From Eledone cirrhosa (Eukaryota), in contig OZ024745.1 of the NCBI GenBank assembly GCA_964016885.1, positions 23,126,001 to 23,190,000 of the forward strand: a DNA stretch of 64,000 bases, written 5' to 3'. Below the pieces are notes generated by a model that saw nothing but the letters and a program-made list of their open reading frames with translations, had not been told where the DNA came from and did not search any database. This document shows, piece by piece, positions 25,745-39,665 of this stretch. A program made the position numbers and the translations under genes. The stretch's first letter is position 1, and the number at the start of each line of letters is the position of its first letter.

Positions 25745-26215
25745 TTACTAGCACCTTGGCCAAAGCTTAAACACTGCATTCAGCAGAATTATGTGACGGA
25801 AATTTTCTGTCCCTCTTATTGGGACCCATTCACAGCAGTGTTGCCACTCCCGAGCACACGGATCTGGGAATTCTCCCGTCATGCTGCTGTCAGCTAGTAT
25901 GAAACCCACACTTCCTGTATCGTAACCAAATTTTATCGATCAGACGTATCACCTTGCCTTTTCACCGAGAGTCGTTGTAGATCGATGACATAGGTTCTAA
26001 ATTTCCCCTTATCTCCAACCTGTTACTAAACCCGTCCTAAACAGTTGAACAAAGACCATACACACCCGTTTGGAACTAAGTACTCAAGTCCGCCATGATC
26101 TGTCAAAGACCGAATCATGGCTTTCTTTCCGCTACCCAAGTCCAGGGTTCTCTCATGTTTTGCTGTGCAACACTTAGTTTTGACAACGCAAACTTCGTGT
26201 TTTAGGCCAAAGAAT
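25745..26215 (-). mobile_element. Degraded L1/Tx1-like RT fragment
   Basis: GRIPRSVCSGVATLL...ENFRHIILLNAVFK/LAKVL matches the NFRPITLLNxDxKILAKVL motif, with frameshifts. Confidence 0.6.
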
Positions 26216-26719
26216 AATAATTTCTACTTTACATGTGGGTGTCATCTGTACATGGGCTGGGGACATATAGGCGGTATATGAAGGCAGATTAGATGGACCA
26301 CATTGCCTGGACCACATTACATGGACCACATTACATGGCTCACGTTACATGAACAGGGGATATATGGGCCATCATCACCATCACCATCATCATCATTACC
26401 ATCATCACCATCATCACCACCATTGTCGTCATCATTATAACCATCATTATCACCACCGTCATCAATACCTTCCATTTCTTCTTCCCCCTTGTTATTCTCC
26501 TCTTCATCATCATCATCATCAACATCAGTATCGGTGGAGGGTCGGACGCCATGCTTTGCAGCATAGTCACGTCCCTTTACGGACTGAGTTCAAATCCTGC
26601 CGAGGTTAACTTTGCCTTTCATCCTTACAGGGTCGATAAAATAAAGTACCAGTAATACACTGGGGTAATTGCTGGCCTTGTGCCAAAAAGTAGAAACAAT
26701 TATTACTGTTATTACTTGC

Positions 26720-27400
26720 ACACTACTCCACCATCAGCCAGCCATCGCCACCAACACCACCACCTTTACCACCCTCACCCAACCATCACTTCAATATCAC
26801 CATCAGAATCATCATCAACCAAAAGTCATTACTACCACTGCAAGGCTTAGACAATCCCCACCACCATCACCACCACCACCACCATCAACAACACCACCAG
26901 CACCATTACCACCACCACCACCACTACCACCATCACTACCACCACAACCACCACCACCACCTGCCACCACAACCAACACCGTCACCACCACCACCACCAC
27001 TACCATTTCCACAACCACTAACTGCCACCACCGCCACTACCACCACTACCACCACCACCACGACCACCACAACCACCGCCACCACTACCGGCCACCACCA
27101 CTACCACTACCACACCACCACTACCTGCCACAACCACCACCACCACAACCACCACCACCACCACCACAACCTCTACCTGCCACCACCATTACCACTACCC
27201 CTCCCCCCACCACCACCACCACTACCACCACCACCACAACCTCTACCTGCCACCACCATTACCACTACCACACCACCACCCCCACAACCCCCCCCCCCCC
27301 ACCCCCACCACTACCACCACAACTACCACCACCACCACCACAACCTCTACCTGCCACCACCATTACTACTACCACACCACCACCACCACCACCACCACAT
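26720..27400. repeat. (ACC)n-rich low-complexity tract
   Basis: Direct reading. Confidence 0.9.
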
Positions 27401-27645
27401 TAACAACAACAACAGTTTAAATGTATATGTAAGAAAAACATAAAATTATTATTGCATTTTTATGGCTGTTTTATTATTGCTTACCACATGTTAACGTTTT
27501 TTTATAGCTATTTTGTTTACAATTGTTAGAACGGTGATTGTTATATATATATATATATAGCTATATATATTGTGTATTAATATATAATTATACACACACA
27601 TATATAGAATATGTATATATATGCATATATATATATATATATATA

Positions 27646-27736
<91 letters not shown>

Positions 27737-27822
27737 TTTATATAGTATATGTATATATATACATATATATATATACATATACTATACATATATATATGTG
27801 TGTGTGTGTGTGTATATATAAA

Positions 27823-27922
27823 CAGGGTGTCCCTAAAAATGTATACACACTTCAACAGCATTCTGATAAATATTGGCTGTACAGGTAATGAAAGTCTGTA
27901 TACATTTTGGGGGGACACCCTG
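27823..27922. mobile_element. 100-bp Tc1/mariner-type MITE
   Basis: TIRs CAGGGTGTCCCTAAAAATGTATACA / TGTATACATTTTGGGGGGACACCCTG, TA on right flank, inside a TA-rich tract. Confidence 0.75.
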
Positions 27923-27947
27923 TATATATATGTATATTTGTGTGTTT

Positions 27948-27992
<45 letters not shown>

Positions 27993-28362
27993 TATATATA
28001 TATAGGATTTCACAAAGGAAAGAAAAAAGCACTCAATACGTTCCGTTGAGTTTATAGTTATTTGTTTATATTAACAGTTTGACCCAGAATCTTGTTACTA
28101 AATGTTTGAGACACGGTGTGAAAATATTCTCCTGTATGTTGGGATAATTGTTTGTTAGTATTAAGGCTTTCACAACTTTTCAATAAGGGTGGTTTTTCAT
28201 TGGATACTGTGTGATGCTCATCCTTATTGGCTGATTCAGGTCACGTGGAGGAATGGGGTGTAACAATCGTTGGTTTCTGGTTGCTGCTAAATAGAAACTT
28301 CAACACTATGAGTAAAATTTGTCTCGTCGCCAGAAATGTTGATATTATTTAACCCTTTAGCA

Positions 28363-28544
28363 GTGGATTGGCAGTACCGGTAGAGGGTCTGACGCCATGC
28401 TTTGCAGCAAAGAGTTACGGCCCTTTATGGTCTGGGTTCAAATCTCGCCAAGGTTAACTTTGCCATTCATCCTTACGGGGTCGATAAAATAAAGTACCAG
28501 TAATGCACTGGGTATTTGCTGTCCTTGTGCCAAAACTATAAACA
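28363..28544 (+). mobile_element. SINE with 19-bp target-site duplication
   Basis: ATTATTTAACCCTTTAGCA (28344-28362) and ATTATTTAACTCTTTAGCA (28545-28563). Confidence 0.85.
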
Positions 28545-28883
28545 ATTATTTAACTCTTTAGCATTTAAACCGGCCATATATGGCCAGAATTCTCTCACCT
28601 TTTTCTCACAAGCCAGCTGTAACTGGCCGCTCATACTGATGTTAAGGTATTGTTCTCAAAATAAATAATATCAAAATATCATAGATTCGATATTATGTGA
28701 GGTAAAGACTTTACCTCACATAATATTACCTCGTTTGGACGCGCTAATGGAATATGGCGTTTCAAGGGTATTTTTTAAAACACGGTGGGGCCCATCCCTC
28801 TCCAGGATGAGTACAGCAGATTTCTTCCAGAGAAGAGTAGAAAGTGAAAGACGAAGTGAGAAAGAGATATAGAGGAAGAACAG

Positions 28884-28990
28884 ACCCTAGTATTTGACTA
28901 GTACTTTTACATCGACCTTGAAGGAATTAAAAGCAAAGTTGACCTCCGTGGGATTTGATCTCAGAGAAGAGAGAGACGGAACACCTCATG
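28884..28990 (-). mobile_element. SINE body whose head is amplified into the adjacent satellite
   Basis: ATCGACCTTGAAGGAATTAAAAGCAAAGTTGACCTCCGTGGGATTTGATCTCAG matches the SINE family. Confidence 0.75.
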
Positions 28991-31900
28991 TTATCTGACG
29001 TTCTAATGACTCTGCCTCGACAGTCCTTATACAAGAGCCGGAACACCTCATGTTATCTGACGTTCAAATGACTCTGCCTCGACAGTGCTTATACAAGAGC
29101 CGGAACACCTCATGTTATCTGACGTTCAAATGACTCTGCCTCGGCCGTCCTTATACAAGACCCGGAACACCTCATGTTATCTGACGTTCTAATGACTCTG
29201 CCTCGGCCGTACTTATACAAGACCCGGAACACCTCATGTTATCTGACGTTCTAATGACTCTGCCTCGGCCGTTCTTATACAAGAGCCGGAACACCTCATG
29301 TTATCTGACGTTCTAATGACTCTGCCTCGGCCGTACTTATACAAGAGCCGGAACACCTCATGTTATCTGACGTTCTAATGACTCTGCCTCGGCCGTTCTT
29401 ATACAAGAGCCGGAACACCTCATGTTATCTGACGTTCTAATGACTCTGCCTCGGCCGTTCTTATACAAGAGCCGGAACACCTCATGTTATCTGACGTTCA
29501 AATGCTCTGCCTCGGCCGTCCTTATACAAGAGCCGGAACACCTCATGTTATCTGACGTTCTAATGACTCTGCCTCGACAGTCCTTATACAAGAGCCGGAA
29601 CACCTCATGTTATCTGACGTTCTAATGACTCTGCCTCGGCCGTCCTTATACAAGAGCCGGAACACCTCATGTTATCTGACGTTCTAATGACTATGCCTCG
29701 ACAGTCCTTATACAAGAGCCGGAACACCTCATGTTATCTGACGTTCTAATGACTCTGCCTCGACAGTCCTTATACAAGAGCCGGAACACCTCATGTTATC
29801 TGACGTTCTAATGACTCTGCCTCGACAGTCCTTATACAAGAGCCGGAACACCTCATGTTATCTGACGTTCTAATGACTCTGCCTCGACAGTCCTTATACA
29901 AGAGCCGGAACACCTCATGTTATCTGACGTTCTAATGACTCTGCCTCGACAGTCCTTATACAAGAGCCGGAACGCCTCATGTTATCTGACGTTCTAATGA
30001 CTTTGCCTCGGCCGTCCTTATACAAGAGCCGGAATACCTCATGTTATCTGACGTTCTAATGACTTTGCCTCGACAGTCCTTATACAAGAGCCGGAACACC
30101 TCATGTTATCTGACGTTCTAATGACTCTGCCTCGGCCGTCCTTATACAAGACCCGGAACACCTCATGTTATCTGACGTTCAAATGACTCTGCCTCGACAG
30201 TCCTTATACAAGAGCCGGAACACATCATGTTATCTGACGTTCTAATGACTCTGCCTCGACAGTCCTTATACAAGAGCCGGAACACCTCATGTTATCTGAC
30301 GTTCTAATGACTTTGCCTCGGCCGTCCTTATACAAGAGCCGGAACACCTCATGTTATCTGACGTTCTAATGACTCTGCCTCGACAGTCCTTATACAAGAG
30401 CCGGAACACCTCATGTTATCTGACGTTCTAATGACTCTGCCTCGGCCGTCCTTATACAAGAGCCGGAACACCTCATGTTATCTGACGTTCTAATGACTCT
30501 GCCTCGACAGTCCTTATACAAGAGCCGGAACACCTCATGTTATCTGATGTTCTAATGACTCTGCCTCGGCCGTTCTTATACAAGAGCCGGAACACCTCAT
30601 GTTATCTGACGTTCAAATGCTCTGCCTCGGCCGTCCTTATACAAGAGCCGGAACACCTCTTGTTATCTGACGTTCTAATGACTCTGCCTTGGCCGTCCTT
30701 ATACAAGAGCCGGAATACCTCATGTTATCTGACGTTCTAATGACTCTGCCTCGGCCGTCCTTATACAAGAGCCGGAACACCTCATGTTATCTGACGTTCT
30801 AATGACTCTACCTCGGCCGTCCTTATACAAGAGCCGGAACACCTCATGTTATCTGACGTTCTAATGACTCTGCCTCGGCCGTCCTTATACAAGAGCCGGA
30901 ACACCTCTTGTTATCTGACGTTCTAATGACTCTGCCTTGGCCGTCCTTATACAAGAGCCGGAATACCTCATGTTATCTGACGTTCTAATGACTCTGCCTC
31001 GGCCGTCCTTATACAAGAGCCGGAACACCTCATGTTATCTGACGTTCTAATGACTCTACCTTGGCCGTCCTTATACAAGAGCCGGAACACCTCATGTTAT
31101 CTGACGTTCTAATGACTCTGCCTCGACAGTCCTTATACAAGAGCCGGAACACCTCATGTTATCTGACGTTCTAATGACTCTGCCTCGACAGTCCTTATAC
31201 AAGAGCCGGAACACCTCATGTTATCTGACGTTCTAATGACTCTGCTTCGACAGTCCTTATACAAGAGCCGGAATACCTCATGTTATCTGACGTTCAAATG
31301 CTCTGCCTCGGCCGTCCTTATACAAGAGCCGGAACACCTCATGTTATCTGACGTTCTAATGACTCTGCTTCGACAGTCCTTATACAAGAGCCGGAACACC
31401 TCATGTTATCTGACGTTCTAATGACTCTGCCTCGACAGTCCTTATACAAGAGCCGGAACACCTCATGTTATCTGACGTTCTAATGACTCTGCTTCGACAG
31501 TCCTTATACAAGAGCCGGAACGCCTCATGTTATCTGACGTTCTAATGACTCTGCCTCGACAGTCCTTATACAAGAGCCGGAACACCTCATGTTATCTGAC
31601 GTTCTAATGACTCTGCCTCGGCCGTCCTTATACAAGAGCCGGAACACCTCATGTTATCTGACGTTCTAATGACTCTGCCTCGACAGTCCTTATACAAGAG
31701 CCGGAACACCTCATGTTATCTGACGTTCTAATGACTCTGCCTCGACAGTCCTTATACAAGAGCCGGAACACCTCATGTTATCTGACGTTCTAATGACTCT
31801 GCCTCGACAGTCCTTATACAAGAGCCGGAACACCTCATGTTATCTGACGTTCTAATGACTCTGCTTCGACAGTCCTTATACAAGAGCCGGAACACCTCAT

Positions 31901-32190
31901 GTTATCTGACGTTCTAATGACTCTGCCTCGACAGTCCTTATACAAGAGCCGGAACACCTCATGTTATCTGACGTTCTAATGACTCTGCTTCGACAGTCCT
32001 TATACAAGTGCCGGAATACCTCATGTTATCTGACGTTCTAATGACTCTGCCTCGACAGTCCTTATACAAGAGCCGGAACACCTCATGTTATCTGACGTTC
32101 TAATGACTCTGCCTCGACAGTCCTTATACAAGAGCCGGAACACCTCATGTTATCTGACGTTCTAATGACTCTGCTTCGACAGTCCTTATA
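28973..32190. repeat. 62-bp tandem satellite (about 52 units)
   Basis: Unit CAAGAGCCGGAACACCTCATGTTATCTGACGTTCTAATGACTCTGCCTCGACAGTCCTTATA; variants CGACAG/CGGCCG and a recurring 61-bp unit. Confidence 0.95.
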
Positions 32191-32678
32191 TACACTCGGA
32201 AAAAAAATAGAGATAATTTCAAGCAATTATGAATTGAGTGCCTTTTCGTGTCCATTTCAGTGTGAAATCGTAGCATGACTGACGCCATAAGCTCTTCAGT
32301 GACATGGTGCATGTCTTCCTACTCACATTTTTGGCATTTCTCTCTCTCGGCCATTGTATGAAAGATACGTGTTTCTTCCCCTATTCGTTTAAGAAACGAT
32401 TTCTGGTTGCTGTGATTGTCCTTAGGGACGTTGTCGCAATTTCTTTTCCTTTTCTCTTTAATGTTTTTTAAGGAAATTTGTAAAATAGTTAGCTTTTTAG
32501 TGATTTGTTGTTGTTGCTGTTGTTGTTGTTGTCATTGTTGTTGATGTTATTGTTATTGTTGTTGATGTGGTATTATTACAGGTGCTGTTAGAACTGATCA
32601 TTATGGAGTCTAGTAGTTGTCTTTAAGATCGAGTCTCTTGCATGACTTTTAATGGGAATGGCGAAAGTATCGGTGTCT

Positions 32679-32715
<37 letters not shown>

Positions 32716-32739
32716 AGAGAGGCGTGTATGTGTATAAGA

Positions 32740-32779
<40 letters not shown>

Positions 32780-32786
32780 ATAAGTG

Positions 32787-32921
<135 letters not shown>

Positions 32922-33094
32922 TATATATATACGATATTAATAAATGGTAACTATATTTATAAAACCATATTTATTTCATTATACATATTTCAGGGATACC
33001 ACATTAAAAAAAATTGTCGAGTGCTTTATATCAGTTATAAAAATATTTACTTGTTGTATCCCAACAATTTTAAATAGAACTTTTGCATATATAC

Positions 33095-33130
<36 letters not shown>

Positions 33131-33240
33131 ATGTATATATATATATATGTATATATAAATTGAGATGAGCAGAACAAACAAACATTAAACAATCCTTTAA
33201 ATAAATTAAAAAATGCCTTAAATATCTACCTGTTCATAAT

Positions 33241-33320
33241 GCTATTACCGGCGGTTTCGCTTTACAAAAGATTAGAAATTCAGAGAATTTCTAACGGAAA
33301 AGTAAAGTTCATCAGATAGC
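33241..33320 (-). ncRNA. Type-I hammerhead ribozyme motif
   Basis: GCUAU-CUGAUGA-[CUUUAC/GUAAAG plus UUAGAAAUUC/GAAUUUCUAA]-GAAA-CCGCCGG-UA-AUAGC; GUA cleavage triplet. Confidence 0.88.
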
Positions 33321-33674
33321 TATTTCCATCCTATAGGACTAAGTCCCACGGTCTGCAAATATAATGCCAACTACCAGCTCGTATGAGTTATGGCCGTTAA
33401 AGTGACCCACACGTGAACTGGCCGCTAGTGAAAGCGGGAATATTACAGACGTGTTGTTGACTTTGCTGCTAAAAAAATAGCAGTAAGCAACAACGAAGTT
33501 TTTCTCTACATAGATTGGAGAATGTATAAAATGAGGTAAATATCTCTCTGAGTACTAAGTACCCATAGAGATATATAGATAGCTATTTCCATCCTATAGG
33601 ACTAAGTCCCACGGTTTGCAAATATAATGCCAACTATATATATATATATACATACATGTATATATATATACATG

Positions 33675-33759
<85 letters not shown>

Positions 33760-33959
33760 CCAGTTTTAACCTACGACGAGCCACTACTTGTCTCAGTACA
33801 TATTACACTTTACAACACAATACTCTCTTCGATATTTTCCAATCTTTATCATTCCCTACTCATTACCATAAAGCAGAGATTGGATCAATTCGTAACTATT
33901 TACTGGGAATACACTGACTCTCTTCATTTATTACACTAAAAGACACACCTGATATCACT

Positions 33960-34232
33960 TTTATTGAAACATGAACTGTGTCTAATAAAAACAAAACAAA
34001 CTAATAAAGAGAACAGAAAAGGAAGAAGAAAGAAAACGAAAAGGTGAAAAAGTAAGAAGGATCAAGCAACGAAAGAAAGGGATAGGAGGAGGGACAGTAG
34101 CTACACCCTAGTCTGAGCGGTACCCCAGCTCCGCCCCGCGGACAAAACAGTAAAAGCTTTACCGTGGAGAATGGCCAGAAACACCCGCTTCAACAACCAC
34201 CCTAGCTCACGGAGTTCCGTCCTCAAACGGGT
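33960..34232 (-). mobile_element. Dispersed repeat, probably L1/Tx1-like 3' UTR
   Basis: Homologous to 49430-49680 (+): GGGTGG.TG.TG.AG.GGG...TCTGGCCATTCTC..CGGT...GCTTTTAC.G. Confidence 0.5.
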
Positions 34233-34234
34233 TG

Positions 34235-34420
34235 TCGACTTTTATGACTTTACGGAGGAAATCAGCTGTGTGGCGATCAAGGGAAACAGGGGTTTCGACG
34301 GAGACCTGTGCAAATAGAAAGCTGTCGGTCAGGCCCCAGTATTATTGTGTGCAGCACACGGACAGATCATTGTTGGTATCACTCGGTCTCTCGCGTATTT
34401 CAAATATCGGATAATGTCAT
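34235..34420 (-). mobile_element. Degraded CRE-like endonuclease fragment
   Basis: [29 protein letters not shown] resembles KYRSLSNRFAIVPSAVETSGVLGPRTTSLL at about 52010-52100. Confidence 0.4.
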
Positions 34421-34574
34421 CGATATTACGGACATGTCTCAGGAAAGAAAAAAACACAGCCAACAGGAGATCCATGAGTAGATTCCGAGCAAGATGGCTG
34501 CATAACATCCATAGGCTCGTCTGGTCTTACTGGGTTTTGTATTCAGGATGTAAAGGACATAAGAAATACCGTAG

Positions 34575-34728
<154 letters not shown>

Positions 34729-34777
34729 ATACCATCAACACTATAAACACAGAGGTGGCATATCTAAGAATTGACTA

Positions 34778-34833
34778 ACTGCCTGATGAGGTCATAGCCA
34801 TTCAATGGCTATCATCGAAATATATATAGCAAT
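34778..34833 (+). ncRNA. Type-I hammerhead motif (same family as 13755-13810)
   Basis: Same core; one stem-I mismatch (GCAAU). Confidence 0.75.
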
Positions 34834-34874
34834 AAATAAAGGATTATGAGTTCATGCAATTGACTTATGTTTCG

Positions 34875-35133
<259 letters not shown>

Positions 35134-35871
35134 GTAAGTCCAAAGAAACATTAGATAAATGATTTTTTATGATTTTAAATGATTTTTTATGTGGTTAATT
35201 TATGGTGATTGGGAGAGGAAATACTGTATATATTTTATCTAATGGTTCTTTGGACTTTTATATATAGCTCTGATTAATAATTATTTAATTAATTCTTCAT
35301 TGAGCCACACCGTGAATGGTTGCCAATCTCATATATGTATCTGTGTCTATGTCTAATTATATATATATACCTTTTGAATTTAGTGTATATATATATATAT
35401 TTATATATACACACACATATATATATACACACGTATATATACATATATATACACACATACATACATACATACATACATACATACATACATACATACATAC
35501 ATACATACATACATACATACATACATACACAATTCAATACGCAAGAAGTGTTTGGCTGTTCCGACATCTGATTGCCAAATATATGTAAATTTATGTAAAG
35601 TATTTTTTCAATTTATATGCATTGAATAATTTCACCGCTTCAATATGATAAGCCAAACACACTTATAGCTGATATTGCGTTTATATACACACCTTGTCCT
35701 TGGTTATAGCTTATTATATACTCACATTCCTACACACACACTCACACACACATACACACAGACACACACACATACACACACACACATATACATATATACA
35801 TATGTATATATATATATATGTATATCTTCACATACTCACACACAAGCACACACCACACCCTTACACACATT

Positions 35872-35910
<39 letters not shown>

Positions 35911-36094
35911 ATATATATATGTATATATGTATATATATATATATATATAGTCACACACTCACACACAAGCGCACACACACACATTTATATATATAAGCAT
36001 ATGAAATACATACAGGTACATATATAAATTATAGAGATAAGCCCTGGTGATATAAACACAAACTTCATTTGGAAGTAGGAATATAAATATATAT

Positions 36095-36240
36095 CAATTT
36101 ACCCGACACGGCTTTGTTTCGATTGCTAATTCAATTTCTTCAGTGGGAGACAAATTTGTGCACTGAAGAGATTGAATTAAGAATCGAAACACAGCGCCGC
36201 CTATTGGGTTAATTGATTTTATTTTAATGTTAATATTTTT
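36095..36240. mobile_element. Diverged head-to-head pair of hammerhead-bearing ends
   Basis: Minus 36102-36147 CCCA-CUGAAGA-AAUUG..CAAUC-GAAA-CA..UG-UC-GGG; plus 36161-36210 CA-CUGAAGA-GAUU..AAUC-GAAA-CA...UGGG. Confidence 0.6.
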
Positions 36241-36604
36241 ATTACATAGTGTGTAAATTTTTAATATATATGAGGTCTGTATAACCAAAATTATGGTTTC
36301 TTATATAGGCACAAGGCCAACAATTTTGGGGGCGGGGAAAATCGTTTAAAGCGACCCCAGTACGTTACTGGTACTTTATTTTATGGGCCGTAACTCTATG
36401 CGTCAAAGCATGGTGTCCGACCCTCTGCCAATCCACCGCCTTAATAATTGTTTCTACTTTTGGCACAAGGCCAGCAATTACCCAGTGCATGACTGGTACT
36501 TTATTTTATCGACCCCGTAAGGATGAAAGGCAAAGTCTCAGACCGTAAAGGGACGTAACTATGCTGGAAAGCATGTCGTCCGACCCTCTACCGATACTGC
36601 TAAA

Positions 36605-37007
36605 TAATAACAACAATAAAGAAAGAAATAAAGAATATATATATGTATGTAAAAGGTAAACAGAAATAACAACACAATCGGTACAGTATATGGAAGGTAT
36701 ATATTAGGTTAACGCTTGATATAGCAGGAAGAGTGTCTTAACGTTTCGGAGGCTAGTCCTTCATCAGAAGAAAGAATGAGAAATAAATTAGATTGAGGAG
36801 ACGGGCGGGTTGGAATTGGAAAAAATGTCTTTAGATAAAAATAACAGGTCCATTCATGTTGACATCTCTTGCAAAACTGTTGGTGCTGGCGTTTTGTGTA
36901 TGATTTATCTTTTAGAAAAGTGGATGATGGAGCGCGTCTACCTGAACGGGAAAAAAAAACGTTTTGTAAAAAGAGCTATACTTGAGCACGTGCGTAAGCG
37001 TGAGTTA

Positions 37008-37102
<95 letters not shown>

Positions 37103-37990
37103 TTATTATAGGTCCGTACGAAGCTAAGAAGAAATGTGTGTATATGTGAGTAAAAGAGTGTGTGCATGTAAGTACGAAGCTATGAGCAAAAGTATGTTAA
37201 TATAAGGGTGTGTATCGGCATGTATTATTAGTAAGAGAAGCTGCTAATGATCAAGAGAAAGCGATAGGAATCTAGGGGTGTGATAATGGACGGGGTATTA
37301 GAGAAATTGGGGAGGTGAGTTGAGTTCAAGAGGGGAATAGGACCCACGACGGTGAATCAGACTTTGTTCAGTCCTGGTGCGCGAGGCCTGTGATCCATGA
37401 TGTAAAAGGGCACCCAGGAGTGACTCATGTAGGGAAGAATGACCAGGAGAACAGAAATGACGGGCGACAGGAGTATCCAAACCGAGTCGTATGTCCCTCA
37501 AATGTTCGGCAAAACGGTCCGCCATACGGCGTCCCGTTTGTCCGATATATAAAGAGCCGCGAAGTGAACACCGAAGGGCATAGACAACGTGGGTGCATGT
37601 GCAGGTGAAGGAATGGCGGATACGGAAAGACCCGTTAGGGCCTGTGAGAGTGGTGAGGGTGGAAATAAAGGGACAAGTGTTGCAGCGGGAATGGGACTTA
37701 GGATGAGAGCCGGGTGGAGTCGTGGGAGAGGATGAAAAAGAACTGCGAACCAGGAGGTCGCGGAGGTTTCGGGCGCGCTTAAAAGCAGTAATGGGTGGGT
37801 TTGGAAAAAAGCGAGAAGTGACGGGTCAGAAGTGAGGATACGGAAGGAACGGAGGATATGTTGCTGGAGTGGTAGGGTCATGGGGTGGTAGGTGAGAGGG
37901 AAAGGAACACGGATGTTGGGACGGCGGGGGTAAGGTGAGAGGGCTGTGGTGCGGTCTGTTTCACGGGCTCGGTTTGTTAGGCTGGTTTGT
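36605..37990 (-). mobile_element. PLE 3' portion: linker plus GIY-YIG endonuclease (frameshifted) and UTR
   Basis: PFPLTYHP..., LYIGQTGRRMADRFAEHLRDIR..PVARHF...RTRTEQSLIHRRGSYSPLELN; hammerhead in the UTR. Confidence 0.85.
36736..36771 (-). ncRNA. Minimal type-I hammerhead ribozyme
   Basis: UCUU-CUGAUGA-A-GGA-CUAGCC-UCC-GAAA-CG-UU-AAGA; classical PLE minimal form. Confidence 0.8.
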
Positions 37991-38688
37991 AATAGTCTTT
38001 GGAAAATATTTAAACTTCAATCTCAGTTAGAAATGCGGAGGAACGTGGCCTTGTGGTATAGGTGTTGGTCTTACGATCGTAATTTCGTGGGTTCGTTTCT
38101 TGGACTGGGTTGTGTATTGTGTTCTTCAGCAAAACATTTTATTTCACGTTGTTCCAGTATGATCAGCTGAAAATGAGTACCAGTAATAGGTGTGGGTTTA
38201 ACCCTGCGATGAACTGGGAGTATTGTACTCTTCGTCGCTTCACGCCACAGAAACCAGCCGGAAGTAAGAAGCTGAGGTGGGTAAGTGATGTTGATTTCGT
38301 CTTTTCTCTCTGACCACCACCACCATCACTACCACAATGATATATATCTGTATAATGTTGGAGAGATGTTCTTCGACATGTAGAACCCTAAATACCTATC
38401 GCCTCATGATCCCAGTGGACAAACATAGAGAAAGCCTTACCGGGAGGAGTTAGCCATAGCGAGGGAAGATCCATTGAAATAGCCAACTCGTTGATTTAAA
38501 GTGTTGACAACTGAAAGACAGGAGAGAATTGCTGTGAATCAACAGTTTCAAGAAGAATGACCAGGGGTAATGTTTAGTGAGGGAACAAGGAAGCTGGTAT
38601 AAAATAGGGAGTAGACGAATGGATCGGGATTGTCTGGGTTGAGGTTACAGTCTGCGGATGCGATGGTTTACTACTGATAGAAAAAGGC

Positions 38689-38742
<54 letters not shown>

Positions 38743-38802
38743 GTAGTAGTAGTAGTAGTAGTCATTATATCTCTACCAACAACACACCATATATCTATCT
38801 AT

Positions 38803-38972
38803 CTAAGGCGGGTAAAATTCCCGAGATCCATGGACGAGTTCTCTCCAGCGGTCTCTGTCCCTCATTATCGCTGCCATATCCTGCATCTCCAACAGACCAG
38901 TGTCTGTCCTTAGGGCATCAACATATGTTAACCTTGGTCTTCCTCTTCCAGTGTGTCCATGTAGGGGCTCCC
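38803..38972 (-). mobile_element. 5'-truncated RTE LINE 3' end
   Basis: WEPLHGHTGRGRPRLTYVDAL...; close to 21172-21340. Confidence 0.8.
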
Positions 38973-38985
38973 AATATATATATAT

Positions 38986-39248
38986 AACGAAGGAATTGTG
39001 GTAAGGAACCAGATGGACCATAACGCACCAGAGTACTCAATACTTAGGGTAGTAGAGTGGGAAATAGGAAAAAGTATGACCCCGACGGCAGAGCTCAAGC
39101 CGTTTCGACGGCTATTTCTGGACTCAGTCGAAACGGCTTGAGCTCTGCCGTCGGGGTCATACTTTTTCCTATTTCCCACTCTACTACCCTAAGTATTGAG
39201 TACTCTGGTGCGTTATGGTCCATCTGGTTCCTTACCACAATTCCTTCG

Positions 39249-39250
<2 letters not shown>
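38986..39250. mobile_element. Fold-back element: 124-bp inverted arms, 17-bp spacer, flanked by (TA)n
   Basis: 38986-39109 is the reverse complement of 39127-39250. Confidence 0.85.
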
Positions 39251-39328
<78 letters not shown>

Positions 39329-39343
39329 GTATATATATATATG

Positions 39344-39423
<80 letters not shown>

Positions 39424-39560
39424 GATTTGAGGTTCACCACTGTATAGAGCTGGTCTATTCCGTATGGTCAATCGTAATGCAATAATATAGAGAGTACTCA
39501 ACGTAAAGCAGTTCAACCGTCTTTGTTTTTGTAGTTGGTGGTGCTATTACGGAGTTAAAT

Positions 39561-39665
<105 letters not shown>

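Noticed and set aside
32230-32305. CTGAAGA (minus) as a hammerhead
   Set aside because: No complementary stem I/III; the region looks more like a degraded LINE zinc-knuckle remnant.
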